DNA from: Hypanus sabinus
Taxonomy: Eukaryota
Reading direction: 5' to 3'
NCBI RefSeq assembly: GCF_030144855.1
Contig: NW_026780171.1
Coordinates: 1 to 51,378, forward strand
Length of the DNA: 51,378 nt
The notes beneath the pieces are model-generated. The model saw only the letters and a list, made by a program, of their open reading frames with translations, searched no databases and had not been told where the DNA came from. Shown in pieces: positions 12,170 through 23,160 of the stretch (positions are counted from its first letter, which is position 1; each line of letters starts with the position of its first letter). A program made the position numbers and the translations under genes.

Positions 12170-12415
12170 AAGTTTTTTTCCACCTTCACTACTCCCCCTC
12201 TCGCAGTTTCACCTATCACCGACCACTTACTCTACCCTTTTCACCCCCGCACTTCTTCCACTGACGTCTCACGTTTTCCCCCCCAGTCCTGATGAAGGGT
12301 CTCGGCCCGAAACGTCGACTGTTTACCATTTCCCATATATGCTGCCTGGCCTCCTAGGGTCCTCCAGCATTTTGTGTATGTGTTGCTTGGATTCCCAGCA
12401 TCCACAGAACGTTGC
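12170..12415 (+). mobile_element. Penelope-like element 3' end / pseudo-LTR fragment
   Basis: Pyrimidine-rich tract, hammerhead motif, then the recurrent tgctgcctggcct...ctccagcattttgtgt tail also seen at 1-55, 17300-17380, 30800-30925, 31700-31745. Confidence 0.7.
12284..12321 (+). ncRNA. Minimal type I hammerhead ribozyme motif in a Penelope-like pseudo-LTR
   Basis: CAGTC-CTGATGA-A-GGGT(CTCG)GCCC-GAAAC-GTC-GACTG: stem I CAGTC/GACTG, intact core, stem II hairpin, palindromic ACGT stem III. Predicted cleavage after C12316. Confidence 0.75.
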
Positions 12416-13319
12416 AGTTGATACTGATAAGAGACAGATAGTTTAGAGCAAAGCTGCAGTCTGTAAAAGGTCTTCGATAGGTTTGGAGAACGGACAACGA
12501 AGTCGTGGATGAGATGTATGGAATTGTACAGTGTATGCAAATGTACGGTCATGTACAATTGTGGAAGGAATAAGGGCGTAGAGAAAAAATAAATAAATGG
12601 GAGAAATTTCAAAAATCAGAGGTGCATAAATACTTGGGAGTCCTTGAGCAGGAGTCCTTAAAGGTTTGCTTGCAGATTGAATCGATGAAGGATGACAACT
12701 GGAATGCTAGCATATAATAACAAGGGCGTGACACTGTAGCTTTAAAACGCATTGGTCAGATCGCTCTTGGTGAATTGTGAACAGTTTGCAATCTGCGAAA
12801 ACAGATGTGCTCGTATTGGAGCGGGTCCGGAGAACGTTCACGGGAATGCCTTCTGCCGACTGCGTAGGATGACGAGTCTATCGGGACCCTGAGGACTTGC
12901 GGAAACTCTGTGGTGGTTTCTTTTCAACTTATAGTCTGTTAACATCTTTGGACTATTTTTACTGTACCCATGGTCTGTTTTTTTTTAATCAATTTGATGT
13001 TGTCTACACTGTTGTAACTATACATTAGATATAACTATGTGTAACTATGTGGTTTTGTGTAGGTCTTGTAGCTTTAGTTTTTGGTTTGTTGGGTGGTAGA
13101 GTTGGTCTCTTGGTGTGTCTGGGTCGTCTTGTTTTGTCTGGTGGGTTTGGTTCTCCCTTCCGGGAAACGCGCTAAGAAGGTAGCGCGATATTAATACGCA
13201 GCCGCCTCTCTGGACTCTGAAATTGGGGATTACCAAACATTATGTAGATTTTCTAGTGCAGTCTGTTTTGTCGTGTGCTTTTTGTGATATCATTCTGGAG
13301 AACATTCTGGAGAGACTTT

Positions 13320-13522
13320 AGTAATGCAGCTCTGGCGTCATTTCCGCCCGGAGAGGGCGGGCGCTAAGGATTAAATGCCAGCGCCGCGAAGTTTGAATTA
13401 ACTAGTCTCAAAATGACTTACCGAATGCTCTGCATGTAGTACATCGCTACATTGGTGACCCCGACGGTCCAAACGGAATTTGGACCAAAGATGACCGACT
13501 CTTCATCTATTCACGCCGTTTC
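13320..13522 (+). mobile_element. Truncated Gypsy (CsRn1-like) 5' end: LTR end, PBS, gag start
   Basis: ...gctaca (ends 13451), then TGGTGACCCCGACG (tRNA-Trp PBS, 13453-13466), then ATG at 13491 MTDSSSIHAVS, matching MTDAASVHAVS of the element at 39332. Confidence 0.8.
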
Positions 13523-13849
13523 CACTGAATCCAGCAACGCTGCGAATTATTGTTGGACACTTAAGCGAAAAGCCTCGGATACTGAGTACAAATGAAAACC
13601 ATTACCAAAATATTTTTAACTTAGTTGCACTATTGCAAAGCATCAGCACCATTATGCAATTAAATATAATATATTCAATAAGAGATAATTTGTCGTTTTT
13701 CCAAATTCCTACCTGATACAAGTAGTCTGAAATTATATTTGTGCTAATCGTCAAGCAGTCTATCATAAACAAAACAATTCTGTGGAAGCAACACTTTAAA
13801 AAAATGTTGTCCAGTGAGATGATAGGACAGTTAGTCTGAGCTCAGTGGT

Positions 13850-15190
13850 CAGGAATATGTCCGGGTGTATTAAGGGTGAGTGTTTTGGGTACTGTAATTG
13901 GGGAGGATGATGAAGTAGGATAAAGTCAGCAGGATTCCTTTACAGGAAATAGTGTCTGACAAATCTCTTGGAATATTTTGAGGAAATAACAGGCAAGATA
14001 GATAAAGCAGAGGCAGTGGATGTTGTTTGCTTGGATTTTCAGATGATCTTTAACAAGGTACCCCATGCAAGGCTAGTTGAGAGAGCAAGGAGGCATGGGA
14101 TCCAAGAGGACGTTGCTTTGTGGATCCAGAACTGGCTTGCCACAGAATGCAAAGAGTGGTTGTAGTCGGGTCATATTCTGCATGGAGGTCGGTGATCAGT
14201 GGGGTGCCTCAGGGATCGGTTCTGGGACCCCTACTCTTTCTGATTTTTATAATTGACCTGAATGAGGAAGTGGAGGGATGGTTTATTAATTTTGCTAATG
14301 CCACAAATGTTGTGGGTGCTGTGGATCGTGTGGAAGGATGATAGAGGTTACAGTGGGACATTGACAGGATGCAAAACTGGGCTGAGAACTGGCAGATGGA
14401 GTTCAACCTAGATAAGTGTGAGGTTGTTCATTTTGATGGGGCAAATATGATGGCAGAATATAGCATTAATGGTAAGACTCTTGACAGTGTGCAGAATCAA
14501 AGGGATCTTGGGGTTCCAGTCCATAGGACACTCAAAGCTGCAACACAAGTTGACTCCGTGGTTAAGAAGTCGTGCGGTGCATTGGCCTTCATCCACCATT
14601 CGACTGAGTTTAAAAGTCGTGACTTACTGTTGCAGCTATATAGGACCCTGATCAGACGCATTTTGGAATATAGTGCGCAGTCCTGGTCGCCTCACTACAG
14701 GAAGGACGTGGAAGCCATAGAAATGTTGCTGAGGCGATTTACAACGATGTTGCCTGGATTGAGGAGAATTCCTTATGAGAAGAAGTTGAATGAACTCGGC
14801 CCTTTCTCCTTGGAGTGACGGTGGATGAGAGATGCCCTGATAGAGGTGTACAAGATGATGAGAGGCATCGATCATGGGGTTTGTCAGAGGCTTTTCCCCA
14901 GGGCTGAAATGACTACACGAGAGGGCACAGTTTAAATGTGCTTGGAGGTAGGTACAGAGGAGATGTCAGGGGTAAGATTTTTACGCAGAGAGTGGTGAGT
15001 GTGTGGAATGGTCTGCCGGCGGTGGTGGTGGAGGCCGAAATGAGAGGGTCTTTTAAAAGACTCCTGGATAGGTATATGGAGCTCAGAAAAATAGAGGGCT
15101 ATGAGTAAGCCTAGGTATTTCAAAGGTTTGTCACAGCTTTGTGGGACGAAGGGCCTATACTGTGCTGCAAGATTTTCATGTTTCTATGTT
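13850..15190 (+). mobile_element. CR1 LINE 3' half (RT relic and 3' UTR), composite
   Basis: VDVVCLDFQMIFNKVPH, ISGVPQGSVLGPLLFLIFI, WQMEFNLDKCEVVHF, WSPHYRKD in frameshifted ORFs. Confidence 0.88.
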
Positions 15191-15194
15191 TCCA

Positions 15195-16800
15195 AGTTGC
15201 TGCATGAGAGGCTGCTTAACAAGATGACAGCTCATGGAATTACAGGAAAGAGACGTGTTTGGATCGAAGATTGGCTGACTGACAAGGGAGAAAGAGTCAG
15301 AATAATATGGACATTTCTGCTTTGCTGTCGGTATCTCATGGTGTTCTGTAGGGGTCAGTATTGAGACCGCATCGTTTCATGTTAAATCTGAATGATATGG
15401 ATAACGGAATTGATACCTTGGCGACGAACTTTGCAGTTGATACAAGGATACGTACGGGGCAGGTAGTTTCGAGAGAAGTGGGAGTCTGCAGAAAGACTTC
15501 GATAGGTTTGGAGAACAGGCAACGAAGTGGCGGATGTAACACGGTGTGTGCAAGGGAACGGTCATGTACAATTTGTAGAAGGAATAGGGGCGTAGAAAAA
15601 AAATGGGAGAAAATTCAAAAATCAGAAGAGCATAGGTACTTGGGAGTCCTTGAGCAGGAGTCCCTGTTGTTTTGCTTGCAGATTGTGTTGATTAAGGATG
15701 GCAACAGTAATGTTAGCATATAATAGCAAGGATGTGACACTAGCTTTAAAACGCATTGGTCAGATCGCTCGGTGTATTGTGAGTTGTTTCCGACCTGTTA
15801 TCTGAGAAAATGCTACTCTCGTATTGGAGCTGGTCCGGAGAAGTTTCACGAGGGTGATTCCAGGAATGCAATGGTTAAGTATGAGGAGCATTAGACGGCT
15901 TTGACCCTGTACTCGCTGGTCTGGAAGAAAGAGAGGGGATCTCAATGAAGACTATTAAATATTGAAAGGCATAGACAGAGTGGCTGTGAAGAAGATGCAC
16001 CCTGTACTGTGTGAATCTGGGACCAGAGGACAGCCCTCAATGTATAGGGCATCCACTGACAGCAGAGATAAGGAGGAATTTTAATCTTTAGAATTCATTC
16101 CCATGAACGGAGTAGCGGTCAAGTCATTGAGTGTATTTTAAATGGATGTTCAAAGATTATGGGGAGAAGGCAGGAGAATGGGGTTGAGAGATAATCAATT
16201 GGACACGAAGGAATGGCGGAGCAGACTCGATTGGCTGAGCAGCCTCTGTCCGATATCTCATGGCTCATGGTCTGAAGAAGAGGCCAGTGAGGTTTCATTA
16301 GGATTAGAGTATTCGCGCCTGGATTATTGTATTCAGTTTTGGTCATTCTGCACAAAATGCTGGTGGAACACAGCAGGCCAGGCAGCATTTATAGGGAGAA
16401 GCACTGTCGACTTTTCGGGCCGAGACCCTTCGTCACTAACAGTGCTTCTGACAGTGCCACCAGCATTTTGTGTGTGTTGTTTGAATTTCCAGCAGCTGCA
16501 AATTTCCTCCTGTTTGGTCATTCTGCTACAGGAGAGAGGACGTCATGCTGGAATGAGTGCAGGGGAGGTTTACGAGAATGGTGCCGGTACTCGAGGGACT
16601 GAGTTCTGGAGAGAGGTTGGACAGGTTGGGATTTCACACCTTGAATTGCAGGAGATTGAGGTGACCTTATGCAGGCGTTCCAAACCATGAGGGTACAGAA
16701 ATGGGGTATATGCACAGTCCTTTTCCCCACCTTTGTGGAATCAACTACCAGAGGGCACTGGTTTAAGTTGAGAGAGGATTGACTTAATACGGATCCCAGA
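15195..16800 (+). mobile_element. Mosaic of old CR1 fragments with a Penelope-type foldback at 16350-16515
   Basis: LLHERLLNKMTAHGITGK..WIEDWLT and LEYSRLDYCIQFWS relics. Confidence 0.65.
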
Positions 16801-16844
16801 GGGAAATTATCAATCCACTCTCCCTTCCAGTTCATTCTTTAACT

Positions 16845-17385
16845 AACACGATGAGCGCACTCTCAGGTTGGAGGAGCAACACCTCATATTACATCCGGGT
16901 AGTTTACTCCTCAATGACATGAACATCGATATCTTTAACTTCTACCTCTACCTTTTTTTTTCATCAACCCACACGCCCGTCTCCTCCATCCTGTCTCCAC
17001 TCTTCCCCACTGCGGATTGTCTCTCTCTCGTTCCGCTTTTACTTTTTCTCCCCATTATCCACTCTCCTATCCTATCAGATTCCTTTTTGTTCAACCCTTT
17101 GCATTTTCCACCTGCCAGCTCACAGCGTCTCACTTCATCTCCCTCCTCCCCCACCCACTCACCTTCACTCTTATCAGGCTTCACCTATCATCTTGGACAG
17201 CTTGGACACTTTCCGCTCCCCGCACCATCTTATTCCTCCTTCTCCCCACTTCCAGTCCCGATGAAGGGTCTCGGCAGGAAATCTCTGTTTTGCTTTATCC
17301 CCCTCTATAGAAGCTACCGGACCTCCTAACTTCCTACAACATTTTGTGTCTGTTACTCTGCATCTCCAACATCTGCAGAATCTCA
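16845..17385 (+). mobile_element. Penelope-like element 3' fragment (GIY-YIG ORF C-terminus plus pseudo-LTR)
   Basis: Translates RLEEQHLILHPGSLLLNDMNIDIFNF, typical of a PLE ORF end. Followed by a pyrimidine-rich UTR and a degenerate hammerhead (cccgatgaagggtctcggcaggaaa, 17257-17281). Confidence 0.7.
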
Positions 17386-17701
17386 TCGGGACAGAGTGCA
17401 GAAAGCAGAGACTACATCGGGTCTCACTAATGTCGAGGAGGCCACAACTGGAAAACTGGAAACAGTAGATGACCACAACAGTCCCGATGTTGAGAAGTTG
17501 CCTCATATAGAAGGACAGTTTGGAACCCTGACTCGTGATGAGGAGAGAGGTTATCGGCAGGTCTGGCACTTCATCCGCTTGCAGTTGGCTTCCAGCCCCG
17601 ACACCCCTCCTTATCGCTGTAAACCTCCCCCTTTTGTGGACAACACTGTCACTTGGTGGTGATTTGCCGCAATAACAGGACACCCTGATTTGTGGACTCC
17701 A

Positions 17702-17720
17702 TTGTCACCAGGTGGCGCTC
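17702..17720 (+). promoter_or_regulatory. Candidate CTCF binding site
   Basis: TTGTCACCAGGTGGCGCTC closely matches the CTCF core consensus TGGCCACCAGGGGGCGCTA. A degenerate copy lies 56 bp upstream. Confidence 0.55.
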
Positions 17721-18059
17721 TGCCGCAATAACGCTGACAGACAGAAATGTGACGCTCAGCTGCTGAAATGTTTATTCAAGATTCAGGGTTGCTTAATTCC
17801 ATTTTCAGCAGACACGTGTAAATGAGGTCGAAATAATTATTACTCCGGCTCCAGAGCAACACAACAACACAACAGTAACAACAGATTATATACCGTGCAC
17901 GGATTGATTGTATGTTCATAAAGTGAATAAAAACGGGGTGGGTGAAGAAGGATACCTATGGTCCACACTGTCAGGTTGTTGAGTTTACCAGGAGACAAAG
18001 ACTGCAAGGACGAGAGGTTTTCTGTTGACTAATACACTGTGTGTGGACCCCGCTGGCAA

Positions 18060-18790
18060 TTCTGGTGTTGTGACCCGAATCGAGACAAACACCTCGCTGC
18101 CCACTCCACCAACAACACGGCACAGCCGGACACATAACAGGGGACTTTACATCCCACAACACTGGATTGAGTGATGAAACCCGTGATTAATGTTGTTGTC
18201 CCTCCGAAATCATAAGGTTTTAAATGTGAGCGCACCACCACGGGTGACGTCACGACGACCCCCCCCGCTCCTGACACCGTGATCTGCCCTCACGTGCGCG
18301 GTGTCGTCCGCGTGCTGGTGAGCTCGGGCTTTATCAGTTCAACAGCTGGGAAATAATCACGTGACCACTCCCTCCCTCACCGCTGACAGCAGAGAATTCA
18401 GGAGCTGCGCTATTCCCATTAGTGCAAAACGATGTCAATCACTCATTACCACCCGTCGCAGAGGCGGACAAGCCGAGAGGGTGTTACCCCCACTCCAACC
18501 TCGAACTCCCCATCACAGCAGAGTAAATGTCCGCTTTCTGATTTATTTTAATTTCCCTCCGAGGGAAGTTGGGGCGTTTGTGAAGCGTCTCCTGCGGCCG
18601 GAGTCTGATGTATCGCCTCGAAGTAAGAGGAGACCGTTCGGCCCGTCGGTTTGATGCCGGTTCCGCGGGGAGGGAGAGGAGGGATTTTATTGATAGGAAA
18701 AAGATGGTGTGAGAGGGGCGGACAGGATGTTTGTCCCGGTGGAAATCTGTAGAACCGTCTGAGCACACGGTGGTGGCGAGCAGAGGGATT
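18060..18790. promoter_or_regulatory. CpG-island-like region with CRE and E-box motifs
   Basis: Visibly CpG-dense. TGACGTCA 18245-18252, CACGTG 18290-18295, TCACGTGAC 18357-18365. Confidence 0.55.
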
Positions 18791-18924
18791 CACACATGGG
18801 GGCAAACACCGGCAAACTTTTGACATGCAAGTGGGGCCAATGATTCGGGAAACGTGACAATTATGCGTGTTTTGTTGAGATTCTACTTGGAATCCCACTC
18901 CCCATACTAACAGGGTTATATAGA

Positions 18925-19205
18925 CCAAAGAACGAACTGTCGGAGGAACTCAGTGGGTCGGGCAGCATCTGTGGAGAGAAATGAACCGTTAACATTTCAG
19001 GCTGAGACCTTCCTTCTGGACTGAGAGTGGACAGAAATAGTCAGAAAAAAGAGGTGAGGGGTACGGATGGGGCAAGAGATGTGGAGCGAGAGTTGGATAT
19101 ATGCGAGGGAGGAGGTGGGAAGGTGGAAATAGTGACGGGGTGCAGGGTGAGTGGTTGAGGCAACACGGGGCTGCAGAAAAAGGAAATTAATTCCACAGAG
19201 GATTA
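18925..19205 (-). mobile_element. Penelope-like pseudo-LTR fragment
   Basis: Reverse-complement copy of the same repeat (ggaggaactcagtgggtcgggcagcatct ... aggctgagacctt) with a purine-rich tract. The hammerhead core is mutated. Confidence 0.6.
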
Positions 19206-19699
19206 ACAAAGAGGTTAGAGAATGTTTGTTATAGAGAGTGCAATGAAGATTCACCAGACTGATCCCTGGAGTGGTGGGGTCATCATATGAAGAAAGATCA
19301 AATGCGATAACCCTTTCATTTAGAGAATTGAGGACTGAGAGGTGAACATTGAAATGCACAACATCATTACCGATTGAACCAGGGATCCCAGTCTCTGCAA
19401 AAGGGAGTGGATGCCTAGATTATATTAAAAAAAAACTCATGTATTTTTTTTTTAACGTTACCTGCTCTCCCAGTTTTACACTTACCCTGGTCCTTCACAC
19501 ACCCTTACACCTTAAGATTCAGCCCAGTAGCAACAGTCAGCAATTCATTCATTTTGGCTTTTACTAATGCCTCAGGGGTTGGCGTTTCCAGAAATTTATC
19601 AGTATCCATTGCTGCTGATTTCCACACACAAATAAATCAAAAGGGATTTCCCCAATCAAATCGATAATAAATCGATCAATAGACCCCAAATTTGGTCCT

Positions 19700-20737
19700 A
19701 TCCCAGACGCAGGCCCCAAATTTGTTATGAACCTTAATGCTTTAGAAATGAGCCAGCAGCAATAAACTACACCTGGAGTCTGGTTTTGATGTTAAAACCA
19801 CTATCTTTAATAGAATCTACTTAAAAAAATTGCAAATTAAACAAGATAAACAGAAGTTAACAGTGTTATGTGTATAGACGTGTGTAAATATAACTCCCAA
19901 ACTATTGAGCTCAGGGGAAACAAGGCTTGGAGTCTTGAGATGGTAAAGTGCGAAAGTTCAGTTCATCCACAGAATAGATGATAAGAGATATTTGTAATCC
20001 AGGGTAAATATCAAGAGAAGGCAATTATGTCAAATTCCACAGGTTCCATGGTGGTAAAATGAGAGGACAGTTGCTGTATACTTTATCTGTCATCATTCCA
20101 AATCCACATATGAATTATTACCGAAAGTGACTTGTCACAAGGGGTATTGTCTTCAAATGAATTACCACACCACATCTAGGCAAGGGTTAAGACGTCAGTG
20201 GTCTTCACAGGATACCTCAAAACAGATCCACTGATATGGATCAAACAGGGTCACAACCACACATTCGAAGTATGGTGAATTGATAATTAACCTACCATTG
20301 TGGGCATAGGAAAGTTCTAAAGAGCGACCCTGTGGTGAACTACATATACCTGACTGGACACGCCCCCCCCCCCCCCTTGCTGACTGCTCCTATGTCCTCC
20401 CACAGACCCCTGTATAAAGGAGATTGGAGGAACGGCTCTTTGATCTCTTGCTGTTCTGCTGCTGAGAGTGTTCAATTTTTCAGCTAATAAAAGCCCATAT
20501 CTCGCCTCAGGTCTCCGAGAGTTATTGATGGCGCATCAGACCCTTGGCCGCTGGTTCCTGGATTTTGATCCTTCCGTTTTTCCTCCTTCTGACTCTGAGT
20601 GTCTGTGTCATCGGTTAAAACTAAACAAGCTGCGAGCGATGTAAATAAGCTGTAAGTCAGACTGATTCACCTTCTTAATATCTGTCTCTCTCTTCAAATG
20701 ACAGTCCACAGCAAATGAAACCTAGGGATTCATAACA
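19700..20737 (-). mobile_element. ERV-type 5' LTR with tRNA-Pro-like PBS (truncated element)
   Basis: LTR 19723-20737 with 9-bp inverted ends TGTTATGAA/TTCATAACA. Minus-strand ATTAAA at 19806-19811. Followed on the minus strand by TGGGGCCTGCGTCTGGGAT (Pro PBS consensus TGGGGGCTCGTCCGGGAT). The U5 end is homologous to 41976-42065. Confidence 0.8.
20331..20538 (+). mobile_element. 208-bp solo LTR nested in the ERV-type LTR
   Basis: TG...CA ends, perfect 5-bp TSD GACCC (20326-20330, 20539-20543), TATAAA and AATAAA inside. Confidence 0.88.
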
Positions 20738-22622
20738 ATGGCCACTCCCCATTGTGAACTTGCTGATGTCTCTGCAGGGTGGAAGAGCGAGTGAATCTCT
20801 TCCCACATACTGAGCAGGGGAATGGCCTCTCCCCAGTGTGAACTCGCTGGTGATTCTGTAGGGTGGATGAATGAGTGAATCTCTTCCCACATTCTGAGCA
20901 AGTGAATGGCTTCTTCCCAGTGTGAATTCGATGATGACTCTGTAGGTCAGATGACCGAGTGAATCTCTTCCCACAGACTGAGCAGGTGAATGGCTTCTCC
21001 CCAGTGTGAACTCGCTGGTGTCTCTGTAGGGTGGATGAATGTGTGAATCTCTTTCCACAGACTGAGCAGGGGAATGGTCTCTCATCAGTATGAACTCGCT
21101 GATGACTCAGTAGTTGGGATGACTGTGCAAATCCCTTCCCACATTCTGAACAGGTGAACGGCTTCTTCCCAGTGTGAACTCGCTGATGACTCTGTAGGTT
21201 GGATGGATCAGTGAATCCCTTCCCACAGACTGAGCAGGTGAACGGCTTCTCCCTAGTGTGAACTCGCTGATGACTCAGTAGTTGGGATAACTGAGTAAAT
21301 CCCTTCCCACATTCTGAACAGGTGAACGGCTTCTCCCCAGTGTGAACTCGCAGATGACTCTGTACTTGGGATGACTGAGTGAATCTCTTCCCACAGACTG
21401 AGCAGGTGAATGGCTTCTCCCCAGTGTGAACTCGCTGATGATTCTGTAGGGTGGATGAATGAGAGAATCTCTTCCCACAGACTGAGCAGGTGAATGGCCT
21501 CTCTCCAGTGTGAACTTGCTGATGACTCTGTAGGTTGGATGACCGAGTGAATCCTTTCCCACAGACTGAGCAGGTGAAAGGCTTCTGCCCAGTGTGAACG
21601 CGCTGGTGACTATGCAGGGTGGATGAAGCAGTAAATCCTTTCCCACATTCTGAGCAGGTGAACGGCTTCTCCCCAGTGTGAACTCGCTGATGTACCAGTA
21701 GGGTGGATGACTCACTGAATCCTTTACCACATTCTGAGCAGGTAAATGGCTTCTCCCCAGTGTGAACTCTCTGGTGTCTCCGTAGGTTGGATAAATGAGT
21801 GAACCCTTTCCCACATTCTGAGCAGGTGAACGGCTTCTCTCCAGTGTGAACTCGCTGATGACTCTGTAGGGTGGATGAATCAGTGAATCCTTTCCCACAC
21901 TCTGAGCAGGTGAACGGTTTCTCCCCAGTGTGAACTCGCTGGTGACTCTGCAGGTTGGATAACTCAGTGAATTCTTTCCCACATTCTGAGCAGGTAAATG
22001 GCTTCTCCCCAGTGTGAACTCTCTGGTGTCTCCGTAGGTTGGATAAATGAGTGAACCCTTTCCCACATTCTGAGCAGGTGAACGGCTTCTCTCCAGTGTG
22101 AACTCGCTGATGACTCTGTAGGGTGGATGAATCAGTGAATCCTTTCCCACACTCTGAGCAGGTGAACGGTTTCTCCCCAGTGTGAACTCGCTGGTGACTC
22201 TGCAGGTTGGATAACTCAGTGAATTCTTTCCCACATTCTGAGCAGATGAACGGCTTCTCCCCAGTGTGAACTCGCTGATGTCTCTGTAGGTTGGATGGAT
22301 CAGTGAATCCCTTCCCACATACTGAGCAGGTGAAAGGCCTCTCCCCAGTGTGAACTCGCTCGTGACTCTGTAGGTGGGATAACCGAGTAAATCCCTTCCC
22401 ACAGACAGAGCAGGTGAACGGCTTCTCCCCAGTGTGAACTCGCTGATGTACCAGTAGGGTGGATGACTCAGTGAATCTCTTCCCACAGACTGAGCAGATG
22501 TATGGCTTCTCCCCAGTATGAACTCGCTGGTGTTTCCATAGGGTGGAAGAGTGAGTGAATCTCTTATCACAGACTGAGCAGGTGAACGGCCGCTCCCTGG
22601 TGTGAACTCGCTGGTGAGCCAT
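20730..22622 (-). CDS. ZNF-B: C2H2 zinc-finger array protein, 630 aa, 22 fingers
   Basis: [14 protein letters not shown] plus 22 x 28-aa fingers. Minus-strand acceptor tctttttacag| at 23030. The final codons and TGA lie inside an LTR. Confidence 0.95.
   Translation of the reverse strand: MAHQRVHTRERPFTCSVCDKRFTHSSTLWKHQRVHTGEKPYICSVCGKRFTESSTLLVHQRVHTGEKPFTCSVCGKGFTRLSHLQSHERVHTGERPFTCSVCGKGFTDPSNLQRHQRVHTGEKPFICSECGKEFTELSNLQSHQRVHTGEKPFTCSECGKGFTDSSTLQSHQRVHTGEKPFTCSECGKGFTHLSNLRRHQRVHTGEKPFTCSECGKEFTELSNLQSHQRVHTGEKPFTCSECGKGFTDSSTLQSHQRVHTGEKPFTCSECGKGFTHLSNLRRHQRVHTGEKPFTCSECGKGFSESSTLLVHQRVHTGEKPFTCSECGKGFTASSTLHSHQRVHTGQKPFTCSVCGKGFTRSSNLQSHQQVHTGERPFTCSVCGKRFSHSSTLQNHQRVHTGEKPFTCSVCGKRFTQSSQVQSHLRVHTGEKPFTCSECGKGFTQLSQLLSHQRVHTREKPFTCSVCGKGFTDPSNLQSHQRVHTGKKPFTCSECGKGFAQSSQLLSHQRVHTDERPFPCSVCGKRFTHSSTLQRHQRVHTGEKPFTCSVCGKRFTRSSDLQSHHRIHTGKKPFTCSECGKRFTHSSTLQNHQRVHTGERPFPCSVCGKRFTRSSTLQRHQQVHNGEWPLL
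21727..22245 (-). repeat. Perfect 252-bp (three-finger) tandem duplication inside ZNF-B
   Basis: No mismatch seen between 21727-21993 and 21979-22245. Helices [21 protein letters not shown] occur twice. Confidence 0.92.
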
Positions 22623-23160
22623 TAGGTCAAATGACTGAGTGAATCCTTTCCCAGAAATTCAGCAGATGACCAGCCTCTGCCCAGTGTGGTGTGAACTGAC
22701 TGGTGTGTCCACAGGTGGGAAGACCAACTGAATCCTTTCTCACACACAGAACAGATGAATGGCCTTGCCCAGTGTGAACTTGTACCTTCCAATTGAGATA
22801 ACTGAGTGAATCCATTCCCACTTTCTGAGCAAGTGAATGGCCTTTCTCCTGTGTAAAATGACGGGCTTGCCAGTTGGTCAAATGACCAAGTTAATCCCTC
22901 CCCACAGTGTGAGTAGGAAGGATGGTCGATTGAATCCCTTGCTCCACTTATTAAATATCTAGACAGAGTCAACAAAACTGGTGTGCCATGTTTGAGCTTC
23001 CTGGAGACAAATTTCTTCTCATTTTTAACCTGTAAAAAGATATACAGAATCCATCAATGGGTTTAGGACAACATTACAGATGAGATTACTTGTGTTGCCA
23101 AGCTTTGATCTGGTATCACACTGTTACAGTGAGGTTAATCCCAAGTTAGACAGATAAATA

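Larger units (their letters stand above)
11600..12850 (+). mobile_element. Old CR1 LINE fragments (split by the Penelope fragment)
   Basis: Degraded CR1 ORF2-like DNA (aggataccaaatgtttcttcaggt, gatggtatacaccccagagatctgaaggaggtggctgaagagat, cttgggagtccttg). Confidence 0.65.

Noticed and set aside
21275-22570. 431-aa overlapping ORF (SEFTLGRS repeats) and similar ORFs at 20675, 3281, 3617 and 47928-49316
   Set aside because: Shifted frames of 84-bp finger repeats are often stop-poor; there is no independent coding evidence.
20730-22622. Assignment to PRDM9 or a named mammalian ZNF
   Set aside because: No SET, KRAB or SSXRD exon is visible, and finger similarity alone does not establish orthology.
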